From contig JBEKDZ010000004.1 of the NCBI GenBank assembly GCA_050014095.1, forward strand, positions 8,359 through 72,358: a stretch of DNA of 64,000 nt, read 5' to 3'. Numbering within the stretch: the stretch's first letter is position 1; the number at the start of each line of letters is the position of its first letter. The translations under genes were made by a program, and so were the position numbers. Below, piece by piece: positions 17,022-27,064 of the stretch. The notes beneath the pieces are model-generated. The model worked only from the letters and a program-made list of their open reading frames with translations. It did not search any database and was not told the origin of the DNA. This DNA comes from Dehalococcoidales bacterium. GTDB taxonomy: Bacteria > Chloroflexota > Dehalococcoidia > Dehalococcoidales > RBG-16-60-22.

Positions 17022-18188
17022 CTATTGTTTGCTTTTTAACAGCGGCGACATTGCCCGTAAGTTGGCAACGATCGAAGTTAGAGCAGTGATTACCTGTTCT
17101 ATCTCGTCTTCCGTCGTCCACTTGCCCAAAGTAAAGCGTAGCGAACCGTGCGCTTGTTCATGTGAGCAACCGGTAGCCAGCAAGACATGGGACGGCTCCA
17201 GGCTACCCGAACTGCAGGCGGAGCCGGTGGAAGCCGCGATGCCCTGCATATCCAGGTTCAGTAGCATCGATTCACCTTCAATAAAACTGACGCTGATATT
17301 GACATTATTGGGTAGCCTCTTTATCGGGTGCCCGTTTAAAGTAATATGGTCGATATGTTGCTGCAGCCCGGCGATAAATTTATCTCTCAAGCCGGTCAGC
17401 CGCATAGCTTCTTCATCCATTTCGCGGCGGGCAATTGCCGCCGCCGCACCGAAGCCAACGATGCCGGGAGTATTTTCCGTGCCGGACCGCCGGCCTTTCT
17501 CCTGGCCGCCGCCATGTATAAAGGCGCTTATTTTTGTCCCTTTCCGGATATAAAGCGCCCCTACGCCCTTGGGACCGTAAAGCTTATGAGCAGAAATGGA
17601 AAGCAAATCCACCCCCAACTCGTTAACGTCTACCGGTATATGACCAACCGTCTGCACGGCGTCAGTATGAAAATAGACTCCTGCCTCATGGGCAATTTTA
17701 CCAATTTCAGCCACCGGCTGGATTGTGCCAATCTCATTGTTAGCGTGCATCACGGAGATAAGAATGGTTTTGGGCGTAATAGCTTTTTTTACATCGGCGG
17801 GGTCGACAATGCCGTACTTGTCCACCGGCAGATAAGTGACCTTAAAACCACTTTTTTCAAGGAACTTGCACGTTTCCAGCACGGCATGGTGTTCAATAGC
17901 GGTGGTGATGATATGGTTGCCCTTACTCTCGTTAGCATAACATACGCCCTGCAAGGCAAAGTTATCCGCCTCGGTGCCGCCGCTGGTGAAAACTATCTCT
18001 TCATCGCTAGCGCCGATAAGCCCGGCGACATTAGCTCTGGCTTTCTCGATAGCCTCTCTGGCTTCTTGCCCGAATGAATGAATGCTCGACGGGTTGCCGA
18101 AGGCATCGGTAAAGTACGGCAGCATCGCCTGTAAAACATCAGAGTGCACCGGCGTCGTTGCCGCATAGTCGAGATATATTCTATTCAT
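17022..18188 (-). CDS. nifS: Cysteine desulfurase NifS/IscS type (copy 2)
   Basis: Collinear with copy 1 (SGGTEADN, HANNEIG, SISAHKLYGPKG, STGSACSS). Confidence 0.9.
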   Translation of the reverse strand: MNRIYLDYAATTPVHSDVLQAMLPYFTDAFGNPSSIHSFGQEAREAIEKARANVAGLIGASDEEIVFTSGGTEADNFALQGVCYANESKGNHIITTAIEHHAVLETCKFLEKSGFKVTYLPVDKYGIVDPADVKKAITPKTILISVMHANNEIGTIQPVAEIGKIAHEAGVYFHTDAVQTVGHIPVDVNELGVDLLSISAHKLYGPKGVGALYIRKGTKISAFIHGGGQEKGRRSGTENTPGIVGFGAAAAIARREMDEEAMRLTGLRDKFIAGLQQHIDHITLNGHPIKRLPNNVNISVSFIEGESMLLNLDMQGIAASTGSACSSGSLEPSHVLLATGCSHEQAHGSLRFTLGKWTTEDEIEQVITALTSIVANLRAMSPLLKSKQ

Positions 18189-18262
18189 CGTTCCCCATCA
18201 ATATTTTTACCGGGGCGGGGCGGAGTTTTTAAGATGACCCTACCCCGGCATGTACCTTTCAC

Positions 18263-19486
18263 TTAGGCTAACGTCTCTATCTGGCGTTCTTCCAAACTCT
18301 TGATAGCTATACCCGCCTCCACCCCAGGTAAAAGCGTGACCGGCTCGGTCAGGGTAAACTCGCCCTTTTGTATCCAGGATTTTAGCATTTGGGCAATCTC
18401 CACCGCCTTAGGATAGCTGGAAAGCGACGATGTGGGCACTTTCTTGCCTTTCACCTCTATCGTGCCGGTCTTGAGTTGGGCGTAGCTGACCTCTCCCAGC
18501 GTATCCGGTTTACGCTGCGGGTATACCTCGGAATAGTCCACGATAGGCGCGAAGATATCGGCGTCCGTAACCGTTGTGAACTTAAGGATTTCCTCGGACA
18601 GTATCGGAATGGGCACACCGATGCCGACAACCATGCTGGCACCGTAGCCCTGCATGCTGATGCCTCTAAGCCAGGCAGACTTCATCTGCTTCAGGTCGCC
18701 GATGACCGCTAGCGTACCGGCGGGCTTACGCGGCACGCCGTTCTCCCCCCTCGGCACGCCTGGATTATGCTGGGTGCCCTGCCAGGCAACGTAGCCCACG
18801 CCCCCGCCTAGAAATATCTTCGTCCCGATGCCGATGGTCTTATAAAGCGGGTCGTTAAGCAGCGGCGAAAGCTGCCCGGCGCTGCAATAGTTGGCATTCC
18901 CTAAAATGGGCTTCAAAACGCCCATGTAGGTATAAATCGTTTTACTTGATAGATTCACCGCCACGTTGTAATTCTGGTAGGCGTTGCGGGGATTGAAAAG
19001 CACCGCTTCATTAATGTCTTTGAGATTAATCAGTGTTTCCAGTTTCTTTTTCGGATAGCAGTCCGTGCCGTAAGCGGAGGCGACCAAGCGCACATTCTTG
19101 CCGCTGACCAGCTCCTCGATAACATGTCCGCCGCCATACCGAAACTCGCCGGGATGTACCCGGTTCCTGGGGTCATCATCCGGCAAAGCCGTGCAGCCGA
19201 TAAGAATATCCACGGCAGCAAAGCCGGTGTAAACAGGTACATCATTAAGGTAAGCCCGCCCACCGCCGATTTTGATACGCGGTTTAGTGTGCCCCACGTT
19301 AAGGTAGGCGCCCGAGGAACACATCGGGCCGAAAGTGCCGGTGGTCACCACGTCCACGTCGCGGGCGGCTTTCGCGAGCCCTTTCTCTTTAGCGATATCG
19401 ATTATCTCTTCGGCAGTAGCGACTACCGCCTGACCTTTTTTTATTTTTTCATTGATTTCCGCAATTGTTTTCATCAAATACGTCAC
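18263..19486 (-). CDS. COG1900/DUF39 homocysteine-biosynthesis (sulfur-incorporation) protein, MA1821-like
   Basis: VVTTGTFGPMCSSGAYLNVGHTKPRIK...YLNDVPVYTGFAAVDILIG...RYGGGHVIEELV is the family signature as I recall it. No fused or adjacent NIL-ferredoxin partner is seen. Confidence 0.7.
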   Translation of the reverse strand: MTYLMKTIAEINEKIKKGQAVVATAEEIIDIAKEKGLAKAARDVDVVTTGTFGPMCSSGAYLNVGHTKPRIKIGGGRAYLNDVPVYTGFAAVDILIGCTALPDDDPRNRVHPGEFRYGGGHVIEELVSGKNVRLVASAYGTDCYPKKKLETLINLKDINEAVLFNPRNAYQNYNVAVNLSSKTIYTYMGVLKPILGNANYCSAGQLSPLLNDPLYKTIGIGTKIFLGGGVGYVAWQGTQHNPGVPRGENGVPRKPAGTLAVIGDLKQMKSAWLRGISMQGYGASMVVGIGVPIPILSEEILKFTTVTDADIFAPIVDYSEVYPQRKPDTLGEVSYAQLKTGTIEVKGKKVPTSSLSSYPKAVEIAQMLKSWIQKGEFTLTEPVTLLPGVEAGIAIKSLEERQIETLA

Positions 19487-19572
19487 CTTTCAGAGTTTAT
19501 TTTTCCATTAAATAAGCCCTTCCGGGCGACGCATGGTCCATAATAAATTCATCTTATCACCTCAAAAACATT

Positions 19573-20577
19573 CTATTTATTCGGTACAGGCTCCTGGAAA
19601 AGCCAGGTGGAAAGATAGCGCTCGCCGGTATCCGGCAGGATAACTACGACGAGTTTACCTTTGTTTTCCGGTCGCTGCGCCACTTTGACCGCCGCCCAAA
19701 CTGCCGCTCCGGAAGATATACCCGCTAAAATCCCTTCCTCACGCGCCAGCCGTTGGGCGGTAATGCCTGCGTCCTCGTTAGACACAGTTATGATTTCATC
19801 AATAAGGTCTCTGCGAAGGACATCGGGGACAAAGCCAGCGCCGATGCCCTGGATTTTGTGCGACCCCGCTTTACCTTGTGAAAGTACCGGGGAACCCTCC
19901 GGCTCAACCGCGATAGCCTTGAAGTCCGGTTTCCTGTCTTTTAAAACCTCGGCGATGCCGGTTAACGTGCCGCCCGTGCCGACGCCAGCGACTAAAATAT
20001 CCGCCCTGCCGTCCGTGTCCCTCCAGATTTCGTCGGCGGTGGTGAGGCGGTGGATTTCCGGATTGGCCGGATTCTTGAACTGCTGCGGTATAAAGTAGTT
20101 GCTGTTCTCCGCTGCCAGCTGCTCGGCTTTTTTAATCGCTCCAGTCATCCCCTCCGCCCCGGGGGTGAGAACCAGCTCGGCGCCGAAGATGGAAAGCAGC
20201 TGTCTCCTCTCCAGTGACATCGTTTCCGGCATGGTAAGGATAAGCCGGTAGCCCCTGACCGCGCAGACAAATGCCAGGGCGATGCCGGTATTGCCGCTGG
20301 TAGGCTCGACGATAACCGTGTCCTTTTTTATCCGTCCCTTAGCTTCAGCATCGGCAATCATCGCCACGCCGATACGGTCCTTAACGCTGCTGGCAGGATT
20401 GAAGAACTCCAGTTTGGCGACTACCTCCGCCTTAGCCCCATCGGTAACGCGATTTAGTCGTACCAGCGGTGTGTTGCCGATGAGTTCGGTGCAGTCCCCG
20501 GCGATGCCCCGTGTTAGCTTGGGTATTTTCACTGTTTTATAGGTTAAATATTCAATATCTTTGTTTCCCATCTTCAT
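19573..20577 (-). CDS. cysK: Cysteine synthase A (O-acetylserine sulfhydrylase), PLP-dependent
   Basis: [12 protein letters not shown]...[16 protein letters not shown]...[12 protein letters not shown]...[10 protein letters not shown]. Confidence 0.9.
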   Translation of the reverse strand: MKMGNKDIEYLTYKTVKIPKLTRGIAGDCTELIGNTPLVRLNRVTDGAKAEVVAKLEFFNPASSVKDRIGVAMIADAEAKGRIKKDTVIVEPTSGNTGIALAFVCAVRGYRLILTMPETMSLERRQLLSIFGAELVLTPGAEGMTGAIKKAEQLAAENSNYFIPQQFKNPANPEIHRLTTADEIWRDTDGRADILVAGVGTGGTLTGIAEVLKDRKPDFKAIAVEPEGSPVLSQGKAGSHKIQGIGAGFVPDVLRRDLIDEIITVSNEDAGITAQRLAREEGILAGISSGAAVWAAVKVAQRPENKGKLVVVILPDTGERYLSTWLFQEPVPNK

Positions 20578-20583
20578 GCTCCC

Positions 20584-21027
20584 TTAGATGTAATACATCG
20601 ATGATTCCGGCAAGCCTTTCTTCTTTTGCCTTTCCACCAGGTCCTGCAGCGTGGTGGCTGCGAGGACTCCGTCCATCGCCTCTTTCATCTCGCCCCAGAC
20701 ATCGCGGGTAACACATTGTTTGGAGCGCTCGCAAACTTCAGGGTGGTCAACGCATTCCACCGGCGCTAACGACCCCTCCAGCAGTTGGGTAATTTCCAGC
20801 ATCGTAATATCCCGGGGTTTTTTGGCCAGGGTAATGCCCCCTTTAGGTCCCTTGATGCTGCGTACAATGCCGCCGGAAATCAAGGGGGCGATTAAATGCT
20901 CCAGGTATGCCAGGGAAATCTGCTGTCTGCCGGCGATGTCCTTAAGAAAGACTGGTCCCCACCCCTCACGGAGCGCCAGCTCTAAAAGGGCTCTAGTGCC
21001 ATAGCGCGTCTTGGTAGAAAGCTTCAT
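20584..21027 (-). CDS. Rrf2-family transcriptional regulator (IscR/CymR-like, three-Cys cluster motif)
   Basis: MKLSTKTRYGTRALLELA...ISLAYLEHLIAPL, with Cys ligand candidates in CVDHPEVCERSKQC. First gene of the sulfur cluster. Confidence 0.85.
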   Translation of the reverse strand: MKLSTKTRYGTRALLELALREGWGPVFLKDIAGRQQISLAYLEHLIAPLISGGIVRSIKGPKGGITLAKKPRDITMLEITQLLEGSLAPVECVDHPEVCERSKQCVTRDVWGEMKEAMDGVLAATTLQDLVERQKKKGLPESSMYYI

Positions 21028-21050
21028 CGCATCACCTCATTAGGCAATAT

Positions 21051-21105
21051 GTTGACTAATTTAATCAACAATGTAAACAATAACATATTTCATAAGAGGT
21101 GTCAA
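21051..21105 (-). promoter_or_regulatory. Candidate promoter of the Rrf2-cysK cluster with a palindromic operator over the start site
   Basis: On the minus strand: TTGACA (21100-21105), 17 nt, TATTGT (21077-21082). This is followed by the imperfect palindrome GTTGA-N9-TCAAC (21051-69), which contains a GACTAATTTAAT core reminiscent of Rrf2/IscR sites. Confidence 0.45.
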
Positions 21106-21123
21106 GCATCTATCGCTGGCTAC

Positions 21124-21151
21124 TTGACATCCGTCATTTCAAGAGTATAAT
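21124..21151 (+). promoter_or_regulatory. Sigma-70-type promoter for 21188..21709
   Basis: TTGACA (21124-29), 16-nt spacer, TATAAT (21146-51). A GGAGG RBS lies at 21175. Confidence 0.6.
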
Positions 21152-21187
21152 CCAAGTTGCAAGAGTTGGTTTAAGGAGGTATCAATT

Positions 21188-21709
21188 ATGTGGCTAGAAG
21201 ATAAATTCCTTGCCTGGTGGTTGCACGGTCCCCGCTACGGCTGGTCGAAGCTACGCCGCTGGCTGTTCGAGCGCGGCTTTTTACAAACGACCCTACCGCA
21301 CGTTAGCTCTCTGGCAGATATCCAGGCGCGCTTAAGAGAAATACGTTGGAAACAGGATAGTTGGCCCCAGCTGTTCGACTGTGTAAGCTACCCGCAGCGG
21401 GTCTGGGCAAGAAAGACAGACGACTGCGATGGTTTTGCCATCCTGGCGGCCACTCTCCTTAAAAACTGGGATCCACAAACCAAGCCCGTGGTCGTCACCG
21501 CCATGGTTACGCCACTGGCGAACGGTCATTCGGTTTGTGTTTTCCAAATGGGCGGGGGCTTAAGGTATTTCAGCAATGCTTTATTAAGTTCTAGAATCTT
21601 CCAGAGCTACGGTGAAATAGTAGCTGATTTTACACCGCCCAACCGGCTTGTCTGCTGGGATGTTATCCAACCGGAGACGCTGAAAGAACTGGAATACCAT
21701 GTCGTTTGA
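21188..21709 (+). CDS. Hypothetical protein, possible transglutaminase-like cysteine peptidase fold
   Basis: TDDCDGFAILAATLL (C..FA core motif) and a later NGHSVCVF histidine. Weak, motif-level only. Confidence 0.35.
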   Translation: MWLEDKFLAWWLHGPRYGWSKLRRWLFERGFLQTTLPHVSSLADIQARLREIRWKQDSWPQLFDCVSYPQRVWARKTDDCDGFAILAATLLKNWDPQTKPVVVTAMVTPLANGHSVCVFQMGGGLRYFSNALLSSRIFQSYGEIVADFTPPNRLVCWDVIQPETLKELEYHVV

Positions 21710-21762
21710 ACATTAAGTATTTTAGAAGTGGTAATACACCAAGAAGCGGGAGGTGACTAACT

Positions 21763-22104
21763 ATGGAGAACCAGATAAAATATTATGACGAGACTGCTAA
21801 ATACAGGGACAAGTTCGACATAGGACTGCCGGAGGCAATGAAAACATATTCTGCCTTCAGGAAAGAAGTATATCGAGACGGAGCGCTCAGTCTCAAGACC
21901 AAGCGGCTTATCGCCTTGGCAGCCGGATTCATGGCAGGGTGCACCAGGTGTATCATCGGGCAAACTAAAGACGCCGTAAAAGCCGGAGCTACCAAAGCTG
22001 AAATCATGGAAACTGTGGCCGTCGCGATTGTCATGGGAGGTACCGCCGTTAGCGCCGAGTCATGGCGCGTGGTCAAAGTGCTGGAAGAGCTTGGCAAGTG
22101 GTAG
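21763..22104 (+). CDS. Carboxymuconolactone decarboxylase / AhpD-like family protein
   Basis: ALSLKTKRLIALAAGFMAGCTRCIIGQTKDAVKAGAT has the CxxC motif and helical core typical of the CMD family. Confidence 0.75.
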   Translation: MENQIKYYDETAKYRDKFDIGLPEAMKTYSAFRKEVYRDGALSLKTKRLIALAAGFMAGCTRCIIGQTKDAVKAGATKAEIMETVAVAIVMGGTAVSAESWRVVKVLEELGKW

Positions 22105-22133
22105 CAACTCACCGAGACTGGCCAATCAGCTTA

Positions 22134-22571
22134 CTAGCCTCCAGCTACTTGAAGTCGGCACCAAGCATATAAGGAATCATATACTTCGAATTGACGTGCC
22201 AGGTTCTCTTCGTCGTCGGGATAGCGTAGGCTATAACCAACGGCGATCGCTTCCAGCCCACGGGCAATCGGGTCCTTATCGATATCGGGGGCAACATCAG
22301 CGGAGTGAACTACTTTAGCCATCCGCAGCAACGCCGGGTCTTTCAGTTCGTATTTTATAATAATGGACTCGAACGAGCAGCGGCCTTCATGATGATCCAG
22401 CTCTGCCTGACCCATTGCGTCAAAAAGAATAGCCCCAGTCTTTTCCGCGACTGCTTTAACCTGGCTGGCTGGAGCAAAGAGAAACTCCGCTTCGTTATCA
22501 ACAAAGCGGCTGATGAGCCAGGGACAGGCAACCCTATCAACGTGAACGTGTGAACGTGTAATCCATTTCAT
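22134..22571 (-). CDS. ChrB C-terminal-domain (chromate resistance) family protein
   Basis: MKWITRSHVHVDRVACPWLISRFVD. Start ATG 22571 behind an AAGGAGG RBS is preferred over 22607. Confidence 0.65.
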   Translation of the reverse strand: MKWITRSHVHVDRVACPWLISRFVDNEAEFLFAPASQVKAVAEKTGAILFDAMGQAELDHHEGRCSFESIIIKYELKDPALLRMAKVVHSADVAPDIDKDPIARGLEAIAVGYSLRYPDDEENLARQFEVYDSLYAWCRLQVAGG

Positions 22572-22675
22572 GATTTTGCCTCCTTTTCTGATGAGCTTGA
22601 TTAGCATTATATATCATTATTGCCCGCTGTCAAATTTTGATAATTACCACATAAATAAAGTAGAATTACTTTTTA

Positions 22676-23872
22676 ATGAGGATTAAATTTTCTCCTTTTA
22701 TCCTGCTTTGTATTATGGGCGGCCTGGCCATCTTCAGTTCGACCATGGCCAAGAATCCGGCTTTACCCCTGTTCATCCGCTCTATGGGGGTGGACGTGTC
22801 TACCCTGGGCTTTATCGCGGCGGCGTCGACGGTCGTAGGTATTGTTGTCAGCCTGCCCGCCGGCATTCTCTCCGACCTTATCGGGCGCCGCCGGGTGATA
22901 CTGATAGCCGCCGTTGTGTTTGCCACCGCCCCCTTTTTATACCTTATTATCAATGCTCCCTGGCAATTGGTCCTGGTACGCATCTATCACGGATTAGCCA
23001 CCGCCATCCTGGGCCCGGTTGCTATGGCGGTGGTTGCCGATACCTTTGAAAAAGGGCGCGGCGAACGCATGGCATGGTATTCATCAGCCACCATGGTAGG
23101 ACGATTTATCGCTCCATTTGTGGGCGGCCTTCTCATTTTCGGCGATAATTTCTATTGGGTATACCTAGCGGACGGACTTGCCGGGGTAATGACTCTCCTG
23201 GCGGCCATCCGGTTGCCATTGGCTACCAACACCTCTGGCTCCGCCTGGCAAACTTTAAAACAACGGCGGGGTACATACGGGCAGGAGATTGCCTTTGTTT
23301 TTCGCCACCCAGGCATTCTGGCTACGAGCGGTATCGAGGCCGTACAATATTTCGCCTATGGCTGCCTGGAAACGTTTATACCGGTCTATTTAAACGAGAC
23401 ACTCGGTTATTCAGCCTGGGAGATAGGCCTATTATTTACCGTTCAAATATTGGCAGCTACGTTTACTAAACCCATAATGGGGCGTCTGTCCGACCGCTAC
23501 GGGCGCGTGCCGCTAATTTCCGCCGGGCTAGTGCTGGGAGGAATGACCACCGCCACTTTAATCCTCTCCTCCAACTATCTGGTAATCGTCGTACTGATAG
23601 CTATCTTCGGACTGGGGTTAGCCACCGTCACAGCTTCCACCTCTGCCCTGGTGGCAGATTTATCCCGCGCCCAGGGGCGGGGAAGCGCCCTGGGAATACT
23701 TTCCAGCATCATGGATATTGGCCAATCAACCGGCCCTATGGTAGCCGGAGCGCTGATTACCGCTTCTTCATATCAGATGACTTTCGGAATCGTAGGTGCT
23801 GCACTGGTCGTCATCAGCCTAGTTTACTGGCTTGGCATGCGGTGGATTACTAGTCGTCTAAAGACGAACTAA
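22676..23872 (+). CDS. MFS transporter
   Basis: About 12 predicted hydrophobic helices and the MFS loop motif GILSDLIGRRRV / GRLSDRYGR. Confidence 0.85.
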   Translation: MRIKFSPFILLCIMGGLAIFSSTMAKNPALPLFIRSMGVDVSTLGFIAAASTVVGIVVSLPAGILSDLIGRRRVILIAAVVFATAPFLYLIINAPWQLVLVRIYHGLATAILGPVAMAVVADTFEKGRGERMAWYSSATMVGRFIAPFVGGLLIFGDNFYWVYLADGLAGVMTLLAAIRLPLATNTSGSAWQTLKQRRGTYGQEIAFVFRHPGILATSGIEAVQYFAYGCLETFIPVYLNETLGYSAWEIGLLFTVQILAATFTKPIMGRLSDRYGRVPLISAGLVLGGMTTATLILSSNYLVIVVLIAIFGLGLATVTASTSALVADLSRAQGRGSALGILSSIMDIGQSTGPMVAGALITASSYQMTFGIVGAALVVISLVYWLGMRWITSRLKTN

Positions 23873-23931
23873 TATAGTGGATACCAACACACGAATTATA
23901 TAAATAGCGAAAAATATGAAGGAGTTATATC

Positions 23932-24360
23932 ATGCCCAGGACCAAATACGATAAATACATTACATCAGAAGTATTGTACAAAGACCCTAAAAATCCTAAC
24001 GCGAGTGTAACCAGCACGCGTCACCTGGGGGATAAATGGGGCGGAGGCCACCTGTCTATTGATACCATTTACGTTACCCATCCCCACGTGATGATATCCC
24101 AGCCGCATAAGCATGAGTTCCCTCAATACTTAAGCTTTTTCTCTGCCAACCCAAAAGACTCTAAAGACTTTGACGCGGAGATAGAGATAACGCTGGGGGA
24201 GGAGCAGGAAAAACACATTATCAAGTCACCTTCATCCGTATATGTTCCCACCGGATTATTGCACGGCCCCATCAACTTCGCCAAGATAAACAAACCGCTG
24301 TTGTTTATAGATATTGCCGTGACGGGCAAGTATTCCAGGGTGGGCAATACGCCGGACTAA
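23932..24360 (+). CDS. Cupin-fold hypothetical protein
   Basis: Cupin motif 1-like PHKHEFPQYLSF and motif 2-like VYVPTGLLHGPINF. Confidence 0.5.
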   Translation: MPRTKYDKYITSEVLYKDPKNPNASVTSTRHLGDKWGGGHLSIDTIYVTHPHVMISQPHKHEFPQYLSFFSANPKDSKDFDAEIEITLGEEQEKHIIKSPSSVYVPTGLLHGPINFAKINKPLLFIDIAVTGKYSRVGNTPD

Positions 24361-24373
24361 AGGGGAAAAGGTA

Positions 24374-24402
24374 GGAGGGGGCATAACCCCCTCCCCTTTT
24401 TT
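24374..24402. terminator. Bidirectional rho-independent terminator (cupin gene / SPFH operon)
   Basis: GGAGGGGG-CATAA-CCCCCTCC stem followed by a T-run. On the other strand an A-rich/U-rich context is present. Confidence 0.75.
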
Positions 24403-24418
24403 CTACAGTAATACCTGT

Positions 24419-25285
24419 TTACTTTTCCGTCTTTTTGGCGGTCGTCACACCGGCTAAATCCCCAATAACGTTCACCAGGCTCTGGCCAGATGGCAAGACA
24501 ATTTTAGCATTAGACGACAGGGATTTCTCGACGGCTTCCAGTTTCCGTAGCAGTTGCGCATTACCAATGAAGTACTGGTTGGCTGCCTCGTTCACCAGCT
24601 TGATTGCCTGCGCCTCACCTTCGGCGCGCAGAATATTCGCCTGTCTGGCGCCCTCGGCGACTTTGATAGCCGCCCTTCTTTCACCGTCCGCCTTGGTCTC
24701 GGTGGCGGTGGCAAAGTCCTGCGCAGCCACCTTCTGGTTGCTAGCGACGACGACGCTGTTCATCACTTCCTGCACCGCGGTCGGGGGCTCGATTTCCTTT
24801 AGCTCCGTCCGAACGATTTCAATACCCCAGTTCGCCGTTTCTTTGGCCAGCTGTTCGTAAAGCTCTCTATTAATTTTATTACGGTCGCTATTGGCTTCCT
24901 TAAGGGTCATTGTGCCGATGATGTTACGCAGCGTGGTCTTAGCCAGGGCGACAATCTGCTCGCGGTAGTTAAAGACGCCGTAGACCGATTTTTTAACGTT
25001 CTCTTCCTCCGTCTTGACCTTGAAGTAGACGTTGGAGTCCACCGAGGCGTTAAGACTATCGGCGGTGATAATTTCACGTTTTTCAGAGCTGACCATCATT
25101 TCCGTAATATTGACCCTGACCAGTCGCTCAATACCAAAGGGAAGCAGAAAGAGAAGTCCCGGGCTGGCGAACCGGTTGTATTTACCGAACCGCTCCACCA
25201 GGCCGCGTTCGGTAGGCCGGACCGTCCTTAACGAGATTAGAAGAATGAATAGCACTACACCAATGACGATATAAATCCAGTACAT
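24419..25285 (-). CDS. SPFH/Band-7 (stomatin/prohibitin-like) membrane protein
   Basis: N-terminal TM helix, then VRPTERGLVERFGKYNR...GLLFLLPFGIE and an Ala/Glu-rich coiled C-terminus. Confidence 0.85.
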   Translation of the reverse strand: MYWIYIVIGVVLFILLISLRTVRPTERGLVERFGKYNRFASPGLLFLLPFGIERLVRVNITEMMVSSEKREIITADSLNASVDSNVYFKVKTEEENVKKSVYGVFNYREQIVALAKTTLRNIIGTMTLKEANSDRNKINRELYEQLAKETANWGIEIVRTELKEIEPPTAVQEVMNSVVVASNQKVAAQDFATATETKADGERRAAIKVAEGARQANILRAEGEAQAIKLVNEAANQYFIGNAQLLRKLEAVEKSLSSNAKIVLPSGQSLVNVIGDLAGVTTAKKTEK

Positions 25286-25316
25286 CTTTTTACCCCCTGT
25301 ATTATTATATGCTTTT

Positions 25317-27002
25317 CTAATACCTTAGGTAATTGGGCACGATGTTCTTGTATTTCTTAACCAGCTGCGCCCAATTCTTCGGCAGCTCAACTTTTATCGT
25401 CACCGGATTAGGCCCGCCCTGCATAAGGCCCATCCACGACCCGAACCCACCGAAAACGAATATTTGAACGGGGTCGGGGTCGCGCGGGCTCGGCACCAGA
25501 ATAGCATTTTTATTAGCCGCACCGGTAATAACGACATTGCCGCGGTCGAAGGGTTTACTGTCGTCTAAGCCCAACCTCTTATAGTATCCGTCAGGCACGA
25601 CGGCGTTCTTCACGATAAAGTCTTTGACGGCTTTTTTTCTCCAGCCATCCTTCGCCAGTGAACCGGCGTTGGTAGGCGTTAGCAGTACCGCGAACATGCC
25701 CATACGAGCGGGCACGATGCTGCCCACCACCGTCGCCAGTATGCCTTTAGCGTCGGTGCCGAAGGGCATCATCTGCTGGAAGGACTGCGGAAACATAAGG
25801 GAAATGGCACTATCTTCTTTTTTAAAGCCTCGCTCGACATGCAGCGGCTCCCAGGGACTGTTCTCTTCGTTTTCCGCCGCCACAAAGGAGTATTTGCCGG
25901 GGTTGCCCAGCACGCCCATATCCTCGATTTGCTTGCGGATGCCACGGATGTTTTTAGTTATCAATCCCATCGCCCGCCCGATTGATGCGTTAGCGATATC
26001 CCCCGGACTGGTGGCGCCATAGGTCGAGCGCACGTTTATATCCTTAGCGATAGGCCCATTAATGAGCCAGAAAGGAGCGAACGAGCCGGTGCTCGCCGCC
26101 ATCATGCCGCAGACCGGGTTAGACGCCAGGGCATGCACGCCGGCGATGAGTAGCGGCATATAGGTCGGCAGGCAGCCTGCCATAACGGCGTTAATGGCGA
26201 TTTTTTCAATGGTGGCTTTGCCCAGGCGCGGCTCCAGCTTCTCCACCAGATGGTCAGCGGGGAAGTCGGTGCCGGTCATCATCTCCGCCACTGCTTCTTC
26301 GGTGGGAGGGATAATGGGGAGTCCGTCCGTCCAGCCGCGCTGGTAGAAGAACTGGTTGACCTCCGCCAGCGTGCCCTTGAAAATAAGGCGCGTGGGGTTC
26401 TCTGCTTCCCGGCGCTTGGGCGCTTTCTCCTCGTCGGTCAACGGCTTTGTCAATACGGCGACGACGTTATTGAATACCGCTTTGACAGCGGCTACGATAT
26501 CCTCCACGACGGTCGACTCGGAGACGATGGTCTCCGGCACAATCCTTATCACCGGCATGCCTTTGCTGGATGCCGCGGACATGGCGTCGTTATGAAAATG
26601 CTCGAAGACGTAGGTGGCAGTCGGCTTGCCCTTGCCCTCGATATAAATTGCGTCGTACACAAGGTACTTGGTGCATGCCCCTCAGTCGCCGACGGCGGCG
26701 ATAACCGCATCCACCCCCTTTAGCCAGTCGTTAAACTCCCCTTCCCTGTCCTTTTCCAGGGAGGAAACGGAGAACGACCGGGCGAAAAACTTGGTGATAG
26801 ACACGGAAGGGAATTTTTCATTAATCAGCTTCTCCGTGACGTCGAGGATAAGCGTAGCGGCGCGTTTGTTGTTGCATAGCAGACCTATTTTCTTGCCGTC
26901 CAGCTTATCCAGTCGCGGCGAAAGACCCTTTAACTGAACGGGGTCGGCTTCCGCCCAGGGACTTAGTACTTCATAAGTAGGAGTTGCTTTTTCTGCACTC
27001 AT
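25317..27002 (-). CDS. Candidate selenoprotein: ORFs 26682..27002 and 25317..26660 fused through an in-frame UGA (U-G-A-C motif; UGSC-family-like)
   Basis: Same frame. The junction reads ...GVDAVIAAVGD-UGA-GACTKYLVYDAIYIEGK. There is only a 21-nt gap, with no RBS and no in-frame ATG for the downstream part (the track start is a GTG). A good RBS (AAGGAAG) precedes only ATG 27002. The genome demonstrably decodes Sec (fdhA). Confidence 0.6.
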
Positions 27003-27064
27003 ATTGATACTTCCTTTTCTCCAGTAATAAGTATAAAAAATATCCCATCTTTAAGGACAGAATG

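Noticed and set aside
19487-19572. SAM/SAH-type riboswitch between cysK and the COG1900 homocysteine gene
   Set aside because: The gap is only 86 nt. It contains just a 4-bp GCCC-GGAA-GGGC hairpin, and no recognisable SAM-I/II/V/VI core was seen by eye.
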